Below the pieces are notes generated by a model. That model worked only from the letters and a program-made list of their open reading frames with translations. It searched no databases and was not told the DNA's origin. From contig OZ176052.1 of assembly GCA_964247055.1 (NCBI GenBank), positions 1,426,001 to 1,490,000 of the forward strand: a DNA stretch of 64,000 nucleotides, read 5' to 3'. Source of the stretch: Paragordius varius. Its lineage: Eukaryota > Animalia > Nematomorpha. Both the position numbers and the translations under genes were made by a program. Shown here in pieces: positions 30,451-45,400 of this stretch (the stretch's first letter is position 1; every line of letters begins with the position of its first letter).

Positions 30451-33400
30451 TAAGTTAATATTTTAGGTGTTTGGTGGGTGATTGGAATAATGTTCGATAT
30501 TCCTAATTAAAAGTATTTTTCATAATATAATTATAAGATTCTTGGACAAGTAAGTTAATATTTTAGGTGTTTGGTGGGTGATTGGATTAATGTTCGATAT
30601 TCCTAATTAAAAGTAAATAATAATGCAATTTTTAGATTCTTGGACAAGTAAGTTAATATTTTAGGAGTTTGGTGGGTAATTGGATTAATGTTCGATATTC
30701 CTAATTAAAAGTATTTTTATCATGTAATTTATAGATTCTTGGACAAGTAAGTTAATATTTTAGGTGTTTGGTGGGTGATTGGAATAATGTTCGATATTCC
30801 TAATTAAAAGTATATAATAATGCAATTTTTAGATTCTTGGACAAGTAAGTTAATATTTTAGGAGTTTGGTGGGTAATTGGATTAATGTTCGATATTCCTA
30901 ATTAAAAGTATTTTTATCATGTAATTTATAGATTCTTAGACAAGTAAGTTAATATTTTAGGTGTTTGGTGGGTAATTGGATTAATGTTCGATATTCCTAA
31001 TTAAAAGTATTTTTATCATGTAATTTATAGATTCTTGGATAAGTAAGTTAATATTTTAGGTGTTTGGTGGGTGATTGGAATAATGTTCGATATTCCTAAT
31101 TAAAAGTATTTTTATCATGAAATTTTTAGAATCTTGGACAAGTAAGTTAATATTTTAGGTGTTTGGTGGGTAATTGGATTAATGTTCGATATTCCTAATT
31201 AAAAGTATTTTTATCATGTAATTTATAGATTCTTGGACAAGTAAGTTAATATTTTAGGTGTTTGGTGGGTGATTGGAATAATGTTCGATATTGCTAATTA
31301 AAAGTATATAATAATGCAAATTTTAGATTCTTGGACAAGTAAGTTAATATTTTAGGAGTTTGGTGGGTAATTGGATTAATGTTCGATATTCCTAATTAAA
31401 AGTATTTTTATCATGTAATTTATAGATTCTTGGACAAGTAAGTTAATATTTTAGGTGTTTGGTGGGTGATTGGAATAATGTTCGATATTCCTAATTAAAA
31501 GTATATAATAATGCAATTTTTAGATTCTTGGACAAGTAAGTTAATATTTTAGGAGTTAGGTGGGTAATTGGATTAATGTTCGATATTCCTAATTAAAAGT
31601 ATTTTTATCATGTAATTTATAGATTCTTAGACAAGTAAGTTAATATTTTAGGTGTTTGGTGGGTAATTGGATTAATGTTCGATATTCCTAATTAAAAGTA
31701 TTTTTATCATGTAATTTATAGATTCTTGGACAAGTAAGTTAATATTTTAGGTGTTTGGTGGGTGATTGGAATAATGTTCGATATTCCTAATTAAAAGTAT
31801 TTTTATCATGAAATTTTTAGAATCTTGGACAAGTAAGTTAATATTTTAGGTGTTTGGTGGGTAATTGGATTAATGTTAGATATTCCTAATTAAAAGTATT
31901 TTTATAATGTAATTTTTAGATTCTTCGACAAGTAAGTTAATATTTTAGGTGTTTGGTGGGTGATTGGAATAATGTTCGATATTCCTTATTAAAAGTATAT
32001 AATAATGCAATTTTTAGATTCTTGGACAAGTAAGTTAATATTTTAGGAGTTTGGTGGGTAATTGGATTAATGTTCGATATTCCTAATTAAAAGTATTTTT
32101 ATCATGTAATTTATAGATTCTTAGACAAGTAAGTTAATATTTTAGGTGTTTGGTGGGTAATTGGATTAATGTTCGATATTCCTATTATCATGTAATTTAT
32201 AGATTCTTGGACAAGTAAGTTAATATTTTAGGTGTTTGGTGGGTGATTGGAATAATGTTCGATATTCCTAATTAATAGTATTTTTATCATGTAATTTATA
32301 GAATCTTGGACAAGTAAGTTAATATTTTAGGTGTTTGGTGTGTGATTGGAATAATGTTCGATATTTCTAATTAAAAGTATTTAATAATATAATTTTTAGA
32401 ATCTGGGACAAGTAAGTTAATATTTTAGGTGTTTGGTGGGTGATTGGATTAATGTTCTATATTCCTAATTAAAAGTATATTTATCATGTAATTTTTAGAA
32501 TCTTGGACAAGTAAGTTAATATTTTAGGTGTTTGGTGGGTGATTGGAATAATGTTCGATATTCCTAATTAAAAGTATTTTTATCGTGTAATTTTTAGAAT
32601 CTTGGACAAGTAAGTTAATATTTTAGGTGTTTGGTGGGTGATTGGAATAATGTTCGATATTCCTAATTAAAAGTATTTTATAATGCAATTTTTAGATTCT
32701 TGGACAAGTAAGTTAATATTTTAGGAGTTTGGTGGGTAATTGGATTAATGTTCGATATTCCTAATTAAAAGTATTTTTATCATGTAATTTATAGATTCTT
32801 GGACAAGTAAGTTAATATTTTAGGTGTTTGGTGGGTGATTGGAATAATGTTCGATATTCCTAATTAAAAGTATTTTTATCATGTAATTTATAGATTCTTG
32901 GACAAGTAAGTTAATATTTTAGGTGTTTGGTGGGTGATTGGAATAATGTTCGATATTCCTAATTAAAAGTATATAATAATGCAATTTTTAGATTCTTGGA
33001 CAAGTAAGTTAATATTTTAGGAGTTTGGTGGGTAATTGGATTAATGTTCGATATTCCTAATTAAAAGTATTTTTATCATGTAATTTATAGATTCTTGGAC
33101 AAGTAAGTTAATATTTTAGGTGTTTGGTGGGTGATTGGAATAATGTTCGATATTCCTAATTAAAAGTATATAATAATGCAATTTTTAGATTCTTGGACAA
33201 GTAAGTTAATATTTTAGGAGTTTGGTGGGTAATTGGATTAATGTTCGATATTCCTAATTAAAAGTATTTTTATCATGTAATTTATAGATTCTTAGACAAG
33301 TAAGTTAATATTTTAGGTGTTTGGTGGGTAATTGGATTAAGGTTCGATATTCCTAATTAAAAGTATTTTTATCATGTAATTTATAGATTCTTGGACAAGT

Positions 33401-36400
33401 AAGTTAATATTTTAGGTGTTTGGTGGGTGATTGGAATAATGTTCGAAATTCCTAATTAAAAGTATTTTTATCATGAAATTTTTAGAATCTTGGACAAGTA
33501 AGTTAATATTTTAGGTGTTTGGTGGGTGATTGGAATAATGTTCGATATTCCTAATTAAAAGTATTTTTATCATGAAATTTTTAGAATCTTGGACAAGTAA
33601 GTTAATATTTTAGGTGTTTGGTGGGTAATTGGATTAATGTTCGATATTCCTAATTAAAAGTATATAATAATGCAATTTTTAGATTCCTGGACAAGTAAGT
33701 TAATATTTTAGGAGTTTGGTGGGTGATTGGATTAATGTTCGATATCCCTAATTAAAAGTATTTTTATCAAGTAATTTATAGATTCTTGGACAAGTAAGTT
33801 AATATTTTAGGTGTTTGGTGGGTGATTGGAATAATGTTCGATATTCCTAATTAAAAGTATATAATAATGCAATTTTTAGATTCTTGGACAAGTAAGTTAA
33901 TATTTTAGGAGTTTGGTGGGTAATTGGATTAATGTTCGATATTCCTAATTAAAAGTATTTTTATCATGTAATTTATAGATTCTTAGACAAGTAAGTTAAT
34001 ATTTTAGGTGTTTGGTGGGTAATTGGATTAATGTTCGATATTCCTAATTAAAAGTATTTTTATCATGTAATTTATAGATTCTTGGACAAGTAAGTTAATA
34101 TTTTAGGTGTTTGGTGTGTGATTGGAATAATGTTCGATATTCCTAATTAAAAGTATTTTTATAATATAATTTTTAGATTCTTCGACAAGTAAGTTAATAT
34201 TTTAGGTGTTTGGTGGGTGATTGGAATAATGTTCGATATTCCTAATTAAAAGTATTTAATAATCTAATTTTTAGATTCTTGGACAATTAAGTTAATATTT
34301 TAGGTGTTTGGTGGGTGATTGAAATAATGTTCGATATTCCTAATTAAAAGTATTTTTATCATGTAATTTATAGATTCTTGGACAAGTAAGTTAATATTTA
34401 AGGTATTTGGTGGGTGATTGGAATAATGTTTGATATTCCCAATTAAAAGTATATAATAATGCAATTTTTAGATTCTTGGACAAGTAAGTTAATATTTTAG
34501 GAGTTTGGTGGGTAATTGGATTAATGTTCGATATTCCTAATTAAAAGTATTTTTATCATGTAATTTATAGATTCTTGGACAAGTAAGTTAATATTTTAGG
34601 TGTTTGGTGGGTGATTGGAATAATGTTCGATATTCCTAATTAAAAGTATATAATAGGGCAATTTTTAGATTCTTGGACAAGTAAGTTAATATTTTAGGAG
34701 TTTGGTGGGTAATTGGATTAATGTTCGATATTCCTAATTAAAAGTATTTTTATCATGTAATTTATAGATTCTTAGACAAGTAAGTTAATATTTTAGGTGT
34801 TTGGTGGGTAATTGGATTAATGTTCGATATTCCTAATTAAAAGTATTTTTATCATGTAATTTATAGATTCTTGGACAAGTAAGTTAATATTTTAGGTGTT
34901 TGGTGGGTGATTGGAATAATGTTCGATATTCCTAATTAAAAGTATTTTATAATGTAATTTTTAGATTCTTGGACAAGTAAGTTAATATTTTAGGTGTTTG
35001 GTGTGTGATTGGATTAATGTTCGATATTCCTAAATAAAAGTATTTTTATCATGTAATTTATAGATTCTTGGACAAGTAAGTTAATATTTTAGGTGTTTGG
35101 TGGGTGATTGGAATAATGTTCGATATTCCTAATTAAAAGTATTTTTATCATGTAATTTATAGATTCTTGGACAAGTAAGTTAATATTTTAGGTGTTTGGT
35201 GGGTGATTAGAATAATGTTCGATATTCCTAATTAAAAGTATATAATAATGCAATTTTTAGATTCTTGGACAAGTAAGTTAATATTTTAGGAGTTAGGTGG
35301 GTAATTGGATTAATGTTCGATATTCCTAATTAAAAGTATTTTTATCATGTAATTTATAGATTCTTAGACAAGTAAGTTAATATTTTAGGTGTTTGGTGGG
35401 TAATTGGATTAATGTTCGATATTCCTAATTAAAAGTATTTTTATCATGTAATTGGACAAGTAAGTTAATATTTTAGGTGTTTGGTGGGTGATTGGAATAA
35501 TGTTCGATATTCCTTATTAAAAGTATATAATAATGCAATTTTTATATTCTTGGACAAGTAAGTTAATATTTTAGGAGTTTGGTGGGTAATTGGATTAATG
35601 TTCGATATTCCTAATTAAAAGTATTTTTATATCTTGGACAAGTAAGTTAATATTTTAGGTGTTTGGTGGGTAATTGGATTAATGTTCGATATTCCTAATT
35701 AAAAGTATTTTTATAATGTAATTTTTAGATTCTTCGACAAGTAAGTTAATATTTTAGGTGTTTAGTGGGTAATTGGAATAATGTTCGATATTCCTAATTA
35801 AAAGTATTTTATAATGTAATTTTTAGATTCTTGGACAAGTAAGTTAATATTTTAGGTGTTTGGTGTGGGATTGGATTAATGTTCGATATTCCTTATTAAA
35901 AGTATATAATAATGCAATTTTTATATTCTTGGACAAGTAAGTTAATATTTTAGGAGTTTGGTGGGTAATTGGATTAATGTTCGATATTCCTAATTAAAAG
36001 TATTTTTATCATGTAATTTATAGATTCTTGGACAAGTAAGTTAATATTTTAGGTATTTGGTGGGTGATTGGAATAATGTTCGATATTCCTAATTAAAAGT
36101 ATTTTTATCATGTAATTTTTAGAATCTTGGACAAGTAAGTTAATATTTTAGGTGTTTGGTGGGTGATTGGAATAATGTTCGATATTCCTATTTAAAAGTA
36201 ATTTTATAATATAATTTATAGATTCTTGGACAAGTAAGTTAATATTTTAGGTGTTTGGTGGGTGATTGGAATAATGTTCGATATTCCTAATTAAAAGTAT
36301 TTTATAATATAATTTATAGATTCTTGGACAAGTAAGTTAATATTTTAGGTGTTTGGTGGGTGATTGGAATAATGTTTGATATTCCTAATTAAAAGTATTT

Positions 36401-39400
36401 TTATCATGTAATTTATACATTCTTGGACAAGTAAGTTAATATTTTAGGTGTTTGGTGGGTGATTGGAATAATGTTCGATATTCCTAATTAAAAGTATTTT
36501 ATAATGCAATTTTTAGAATCTTGGACAAGTAAGTTAATATTTTAGGTGTGGGTGATTGGATTAATGTCGATATTCCTAATTAAAAGTATTTTATAATGCA
36601 ATTTTTAGATTCTTGGACAAGTAAGTTAATATTTTAGGAGTTTGGTGGGTAATTGGATTAATGTTCGATATTCCTAATTAAAAGTATTTTTATCATGTAA
36701 TTTATAGATTCTTGGACAAGTAAGTTAATATTTTAGGTGTTTGGTGGGTGATTGGAATAATGTTCGATATTCCTAATTTATTTTTATCATGTAATTTATA
36801 GATTCTTGGACGAGTAAGTTAATATTTTAGGTGTTTGGTGGGTGATTGGAATAATGTTTGATATTCCCAATTAAAAGTATATAATAATGCAATTTTTAGA
36901 TTCTTGGACAAGTAAGTTAATATTTTAGGAGTTTGGTGGGTAATTGGATTAATGTTCGATATTCCTAATTAAAAGTATTTTTATCATGTAATTTATAGAT
37001 TCTTGGACAAGTAAGTTAATATTTTAGGTGTTTGGTGGGTGATTGGAATAATGTTCGATATTCCTAATTAAAAGTATATAATAGGGCAATTTTTAGATTC
37101 TTGGACAAGTAAGTTAATATTTTAGGAGTTTGGTGGGTAATTGGATTAATGTTCGATATTCCTAATTAAAAGTATTTTTATCATGTAATTTATAGATTCT
37201 TAGACAAGTAAGTTAATATTTTAGGTGTTTGGTGGGTAATTGGATTAATGTTCGATATTCCTAATTAAAAGTATTTTTATCATGTAATTTATAGATTCTT
37301 GGACAAGTAAGTTAATATTTTAGGTGTTTGGTGGGTGATTGGAATAATGTTCGATATTCCTAATTAAAAGTATTTTATAATGTAATTTTTAGATTCTTGG
37401 ACAAGTAAGTTAATATTTTAGGTGTTTGGTGTGTGATTGGATTAATGTTCGATATTCCTAAATAAAAGTATTTTTATCATGTAATTTATAGATTCTTGGA
37501 CAAGTAAGTTAATATTTTAGGTGTTTGGTGGGTGATTGGAATAATGTTCGATATTCCTAATTAAAAGTATTTTTATCATGTAATTTATAGATTCTTGGAC
37601 AAGTAAGTTAATATTTTAGGTGTTTGGTGGGTGATTAGAATAATGTTCGATATTCCTAATTAAAAGTATATAATAATGCAATTTTTAGATTCTTGGACAA
37701 GTAAGTTAATATTTTAGGAGTTAGGTGGGTAATTGGATTAATGTTCGATATTCCTAATTAAAAGTATTTTTATCATGTAATTTATAGATTCTTAGACAAG
37801 TAAGTTAATATTTTAGGTGTTTGGTGGGTAATTGGATTAATGTTCGATATTCCTAATTAAAAGTATTTTTATCATGTAATTTATAGATTCTTGGACAAGT
37901 AAGTTAATATTTTAGGTGTTTGGTGGGTGATTGGAATAATGTTCGATATTCCTTATTAAAAGTATATAATAATGCAATTTTTATATTCTTGGACAAGTAA
38001 GTTAATATTTTAGGAGTTTGGTGGGTAATTGGATTAATGTTCGATATTCCTAATTAAAAGTATTTTTATCATGAAATTTTTAGAATCTTGGACAAGTAAG
38101 TTAATATTTTAGGTGTTTGGTGGGTAATTGGATTAATGTTCGATATTCCTAATTAAAAGTATTTTTATAATGTTATTTTTAGATTCTTCGACAAGTAAGT
38201 TAATATTTTAGGTGTTTGGTGGGTAATTGGAATAATGTTCGATATTCCTAATTAAAAGTATTTTATAATGTAATTTTTAGATTCTTGGACAAGTAAGTTA
38301 ATATTTTAGGTGTTTGGTGTGGGATTGGATTAATGTTCGATATTCCTTATTAAAAGTATATAATAATGCAATTTTTATATTCTTGGACAAGTAAGTTAAT
38401 ATTTTAGGAGTTTGGTGGGTAATTGGATTAATGTTCGATATTCCTAATTAAAAGTATTTTTATCATGTAATTTATAGATTCTTAGACAAGTAAGTTAATA
38501 TTTTAGGTGTTTGGTGGGTAATTGGATTAATGTTCGATATTCCTAATTAAAAGTATTTTTATCATGTAATTTATAGATTCTTGGACAAGTAAGTTAATAT
38601 TTTAGGTGTTTGGTGGGTGATTGGAATAATGTTCGATATTCCTAATTAAAAGTATTTTTATCATAAAGTTTTTAGATTGGACAAGTAAGTTAATATTTTA
38701 GGTGTTTGGTGGGTGATTGGAATAATGTTCGATATTCCTAATTAAAAGTATTTTTATCATGTAATTTTTAGAATCTTGGACAAGTAAGTTAATATTTTAG
38801 GTGTTTGGTGGGTGATTGGAATAATGTTCGATATTCCTAATTAAAAGTATTTTTATCATGTAATTTATAGAATCTTGGACAAGTAAGTTAATATTTTAGG
38901 TGTTTGGTGTGTGATTGGAATAATGTTCGATATTTCTAATTAAAAGTATTTAATAATATAATTTTTAGAATCTTGGACAAGTAAGTTAATATTTTAGGTG
39001 TTTGGTGGGTGATTGTATTAATGTTCTATATTCCTAATTAAAAGTATATTTATCATGTAATTTTTAGAATCTTGGACAAGTAAGTTAATATTTTAGGTGT
39101 TTGGTGGGTGATTGGAATAATGTTCGATATTCCTAATTAAAAGTATTTTTATCATGTAATTTTTAGAATCTTGGACAAGTAAGTTAATATTTTAGGTGTT
39201 TGGTGGGTGATTGGAATAATGTTCGATATTCCTAATTAAAAGTATTTTTATCATGTAATTTATACATTCTTGGACAAGTAAGTTAATATTTTAGGTGTTT
39301 GGTGGGTGATTGGAATAATGTTCGATATTCCTAATTAAAAGTATTTTATAATGCAATTTTTAGAATCTTGGACAAGTAAGTTAATATTTTAGGTGTTTGG

Positions 39401-42400
39401 TGGGTGATTGGAATAATGTTCGATATTCCTAATTAAAAGTATTTTTATCATGTAATTTTTAGAATCTTGGACAAGTAAGTTAATATTTTAGGTGTTTGGT
39501 GGGTGATTGGAATAATGTTCGATATTCCTAATTAAAAGTATTTTTATCATGTAATTTTTAGAATCTTGGACAAGTAAGTTAATATTTTAGGTGTTTGGTG
39601 GGTGATTGGAATAATGTTCGATATTCCTAATTAAAAGTATTTTATAATATAATTTATAGATTCTTGGACAAGTAAGTTAATATTTTAGGTGTTTGGTGGG
39701 TGATTGGAATAATGTTTGATATTCCTAATTAAAAGTATTTTTATCATGTAATTTATACATTCTTGGACAAGTAAGTTAATATTTTAGGTGTTTGGTGGGT
39801 GATTGGAATAATGTTCGATATTCCTAATTAAAAGTATTTTATAATGCAATTTTTAGAATCTTGGACAAGTAAGTTAATATTTTAGGTGTTTGGTGGGTGA
39901 TTGGAATAATGTTCGATATTCCTAATTAAAAGTATTTTTATCATGTAATTTTTAGAATCTTGGACAAGTAAGTTAATATTTTAGGTGTTTGGTGGGTGAT
40001 TGGAATAATGTTCGATATTCCTAATTAAAAGTATTTTATAATATAATTTATAGATTCTTGGACAAGTAAGTTAATATTTTAGGTGTTTGGTGTGTGATTG
40101 GATTAATGTTCGATATTCCTTATTAAAAGTATATAATAATGCAATTTTTATATTCTTGGACAAGTAAGTTAATATTTTAGGAGTTTGGTGGGTAATTGGA
40201 TTAATGTTCGATATTCCTAATTAAAAGTATTTTTATCATGTAATTTATAGATTCTTAGACAAGTAAGTTAATATTTTAGGTGTTTGGTGGGTAATTGGAT
40301 TAATGTTCGATATTCCTAATTAAAAGTATTTTTATCATGTAATTTATAGATTCTTGGACAAGTAAGTTAATATTTTAGGTGTTTGGTGGGTGATTGGAAT
40401 AATGTTCGATATTCCTAATTAAAAGTATTTTTATCATAAAGTTTTTAGATTGGACAAGTAAGTTAATATTTTAGGTGTTTGGTGGGTGATTGGAATAATG
40501 TTCGATATTCCTAATTAAAAGTATTTTTATCATGTAATTTTTAGATTCTTGGACAAGTAAGTTAATATTTTAGGAGTTTGGTGGGTAATTGGATTAATGT
40601 TCGATATTCCTAATTAAAAGTATTTTTATCTAATTTATAGAATCTTAGACAAGTAAGTTAATATTTTAGGTGTTTGGTGGGTAATTGGATTAATGTTCGA
40701 TATTCCTAATTAAAAGTATTTTTATCATGTAATTTATAGATTCTTGGACAAGTAAGTTAATATTTTAGGTGTTTGGTGGGTGATTGGAATAATGTTCGAT
40801 ATTCCTAATTAAAAGTATTTTTATCATAAAGTTTTTAGATTGGACAAGTAAGTTAATATTTTAGGTGTTTGGTGGGTGATTGGAATAATGTTCGATATTC
40901 CTAATTAAAAGTATTTTATAATATAATTTATAGATTCTTGGACAAGTAAGTTAATATTTTAGGTGTTTGGTGTGTGATTGGATTAATGTTCGATATTCCT
41001 TATTAAAAGTATATAATAATGCAATTTTTATATTCTTGGACAAGTAAGTTAATATTTTAGGAGTTTGGTGGGTAATTGGATTAATGTTCGATATTCCTAA
41101 TTAAAAGTATTTTTATCATGTAATTTATAGATTCTTAGACAAGTAAGTTAATATTTTAGGTGTTTGGTGGGTAATTGGAATAATGTTCGATATTTCTAAT
41201 TAAAAGTATTTAATAATATAATTTTTAGAATCTTGGACAAGTAAGTTAATATTTTAGGTGTTTGGTGGGTGATTGTATTAATGTTCTATATTCCTAATTA
41301 AAAGTATATTTATCATGTAATTTTTAGAATCTTGGACAAGTAAGTTAATATTTTAGGTGTTTGGTGGGTGATTGGAATAATGTTCGATATTCCTAATTAA
41401 AAGTATTTTTATCATGTAATTTTTAGAATCTTGGACAAGTAAGTTAATATTTTAGGTGTTTGGTGGGTGATTGGAATAATGTTCGATATTCCTAATTAAA
41501 AGTATTTTATAATATAATTTATAGATTCTTGGACAAGTAAGTTAATATTTTAGGTGTTTGGTGTGTGATTGGATTAATGTTCGATATTCCTTATTAAAAG
41601 TATATAATAATGCAATTTTTATATTCTTGGACAAGTAAGTTAATATTTTAGGAGTTTGGTGGGTAATTGGATTAATGTTCGATATTCCTAATTAAAAGTA
41701 TTTTTATCATGTAATTTATAGATTCTTAGACAAGTAAGTTAATATTTTAGGTGTTTGGTGGGTAATTGGATTAATGTTCGATATTCCTAATTAAAAGTAT
41801 TTTTATCATGTAATTTATAGATTCTTGGACAAGTAAGTTAATATTTTAGGTGTTTGGTGGGTGATTGGAATAATGTTCGATATTCCTAATTAAAAGTATT
41901 TTTATCATGTAATTTTTAGAATCTTGGACAAGTAAGTTAATATTTTAGGTGTTTGGTGGGTGATTGGAATAATGTTCGATATTCCTAATTAAAAGTATTT
42001 TATAATATAATTTATAGATTCTTGGACAAGTAAGTTAATATTTTAGGTGTTTGGTGTGTGATTGGATTAATGTTCGATATTCCTTATTAAAAGTATATAA
42101 TAATGCAATTTTTATATTCTTGGACAAGTAAGTTAATATTTTAGGTGTTTGGTGGGTGATTGGAATAATGTTCGATATTCCTAATTAAAAGTATATAATA
42201 GGGCAATTTTTAGATTCTTGGACAAGTAAGTTAATATTTTAGGAGTTTGGTGGGTAATTGGATTAATGTTCGATATTCCTAATTAAAAGTATTTTTATCA
42301 TGTAATTTATAGATTCTTAGACAAGTAAGTTAATATTTTAGGTGTTTGGTGGGTAATTGGATTAATGTTCGATATTCCTAATTAAAAGTATTTTTATCAT

Positions 42401-45400
42401 GTAATTTATAGATTCTTGGACAAGTAAGTTAATATTTTAGGTGTTTGGTGGGTGATTGGAATAATGTTCGATATTCCTAATTAAAAGTATTTTATAATGT
42501 AATTTTTAGATTCTTGGACAAGTAAGTTAATATTTTAGGTGTTTGGTGTGTGATTGGATTAATGTTCGATATTCCTAAATAAAAGTATTTTTATCATGTA
42601 ATTTATAGATTCTTGGACAAGTAAGTTAATATTTTAGGTGTTTGGTGGGTGATTGGAATAATGTTCGATATTCCTAATTAAAAGTATTTTTATCATGTAA
42701 TTTATAGATTCTTGGACAAGTAAGTTAATATTTTAGGTGTTTGGTGGGTGATTAGAATAATGTTCGATATTCCTAATTAAAAGTATATAATAATGCAATT
42801 TTTAGATTCTTGGACAAGTAAGTTAATATTTTAGGAGTTAGGTGGGTAATTGGATTAATGTTCGATATTCCTAATTAAAAGTATTTTTATCATGTAATTT
42901 ATAGATTCTTAGACAAGTAAGTTAATATTTTAGGTGTTTGGTGGGTAATTGGATTAATGTTCGATATTCCTAATTAAAAGTATTTTTATCATGTAATTTA
43001 TAGATTCTTGGACAAGTAAGTTAATATTTTAGGTGTTTGGTGGGTGATTGGAATAATGTTCGATATTCCTTATTAAAAGTATATAATAATGCAATTTTTA
43101 TATTCTTGGACAAGTAAGTTAATATTTTAGGAGTTTGGTGGGTAATTGGATTAATGTTCGATATTCCTAATTAAAAGTATTTTTATCATGAAATTTTTAG
43201 AATCTTGGACAAGTAAGTTAATATTTTAGGTGTTTGGTGGGTAATTGGATTAATGTTCGATATTCCTAATTAAAAGTATTTTTATAATGTTATTTTTAGA
43301 TTCTTCGACAAGTAAGTTAATATTTTAGGTGTTTGGTGGGTAATTGGAATAATGTTCGATATTCCTAATTAAAAGTATTTTATAATGTAATTTTTAGATT
43401 CTTGGACAAGTAAGTTAATATTTTAGGTGTTTGGTGTGGGATTGGATTAATGTTCGATATTCCTTATTAAAAGTATATAATAATGCAATTTTTATATTCT
43501 TGGACAAGTAAGTTAATATTTTAGGAGTTTGGTGGGTAATTGGATTAATGTTCGATATTCCTAATTAAAAGTATTTTTATCATGTAATTTATAGATTCTT
43601 AGACAAGTAAGTTAATATTTTAGGTGTTTGGTGGGTAATTGGATTAATGTTCGATATTCCTAATTAAAAGTATTTTTATCATGTAATTTATAGATTCTTG
43701 GACAAGTAAGTTAATATTTTAGGTGTTTGGTGGGTGATTGGAATAATGTTCGATATTCCTAATTAAAAGTATTTTTATCATAAAGTTTTTAGATTGGACA
43801 AGTAAGTTAATATTTTAGGTGTTTGGTGGGTGATTGGAATAATGTTCGATATTCCTAATTAAAAGTATTTTTATCATGTAATTTTTAGAATCTTGGACAA
43901 GTAAGTTAATATTTTAGGTGTTTGGTGGGTGATTGGAATAATGTTCGATATTCCTAATTAAAAGTATTTTTATCATGTAATTTATACATTCTTGGACAAG
44001 TAAGTTAATATTTTAGGTGTTTGGTGGGTGATTGGAATAATGTTCGATATTCCTAATTAAAAGTATTTTATAATGTAATTTTTAGATTCTTGGACAAGTA
44101 AGTTAATATTTTAGGTGTTTGGTGTGGGATTGGATTAATGTTCGATATTCCTTATTAAAAGTATATAATAATGCAATTTTTATATTCTTGGACAAGTAAG
44201 TTAATATTTTAGGAGTTTGGTGGGTAATTGGATTAATGTTCGATATTCCTAATTAAAAGTATTTTTATCATGTAATTTATAGATTCTTGGACAAGTAAGT
44301 TAATATTTTAGGTGTTTGGTGGGTGATTGGAATAATGTTCGATATTCCTAATTAAAAGTATTTTTATCATAAAGTTTTTAGATTGGACAAGTAAGTTAAT
44401 ATTTTAGGTGTTTGGTGGGTGATTGGAATAATGTTCGATATTCCTAATTAAAAGTATTTTTATCATGTAATTTTTAGAATCTTGGACAAGTAAGTTAATA
44501 TTTTAGGTGTTTGGTGGGTGATTGGAATAATGTTCGATATTCCTTATTAAAAGTATTTTATAATATAATTTATAGATTCTTGGACAAGTAAGTTAATATT
44601 TTAGGTGTTTGGTGGGTGATTGGAATAATGTTTGATATTCCTAATTAAAAGTATTTTTATCATGTAATTTATACATTCTTGGACAAGTAAGTTAATATTT
44701 TAGGTGTTTGGTGGGTGATTGGAATAATGTTCGATATTCCTAATTAAAAGTATTTTATAATGCAATTTTTAGAATCTTGGACAAGTAAGTTAATATTTTA
44801 GGTGTTTGGTGGGTGATTGGAATAATGTTCGATATTCCTAATTAAAAGTATTTTTATCATGTAATTTTTAGAATCTTGGACAAGTAAGTTAATATTTTAG
44901 GTGTTTGGTGGGTGATTGGAATAATGTTCGATATTCCTAATTAAAAGTATTTTATAATATAATTTATAGATTCTTGGACAAGTAAGTTAATATTTTAGGT
45001 GTTTGGTGTGTGATTGGATTAATGTTCGATATTCCTTATTAAAAGTATATAATAATGCAATTTTTATATTCTTGGACAAGTAAGTTAATATTTTAGGAGT
45101 TTGGTGGGTAATTGGATTAATGTTCGATATTCCTAATTAAAAGTATTTTTATCATGTAATTTATAGATTCTTAGACAAGTAAGTTAATATTTTAGGTGTT
45201 TGGTGGGTAATTGGATTAATGTTCGATATTCCTAATTAAAAGTATTTTTATCATGTAATTTATAGATTCTTGGACAAGTAAGTTAATATTTTAGGTGTTT
45301 GGTGGGTGATTGGAATAATGTTCGATATTCCTAATTAAAAGTATTTTTATCATAAAGTTTTTAGATTGGACAAGTAAGTTAATATTTTAGGTGTTTGGTG

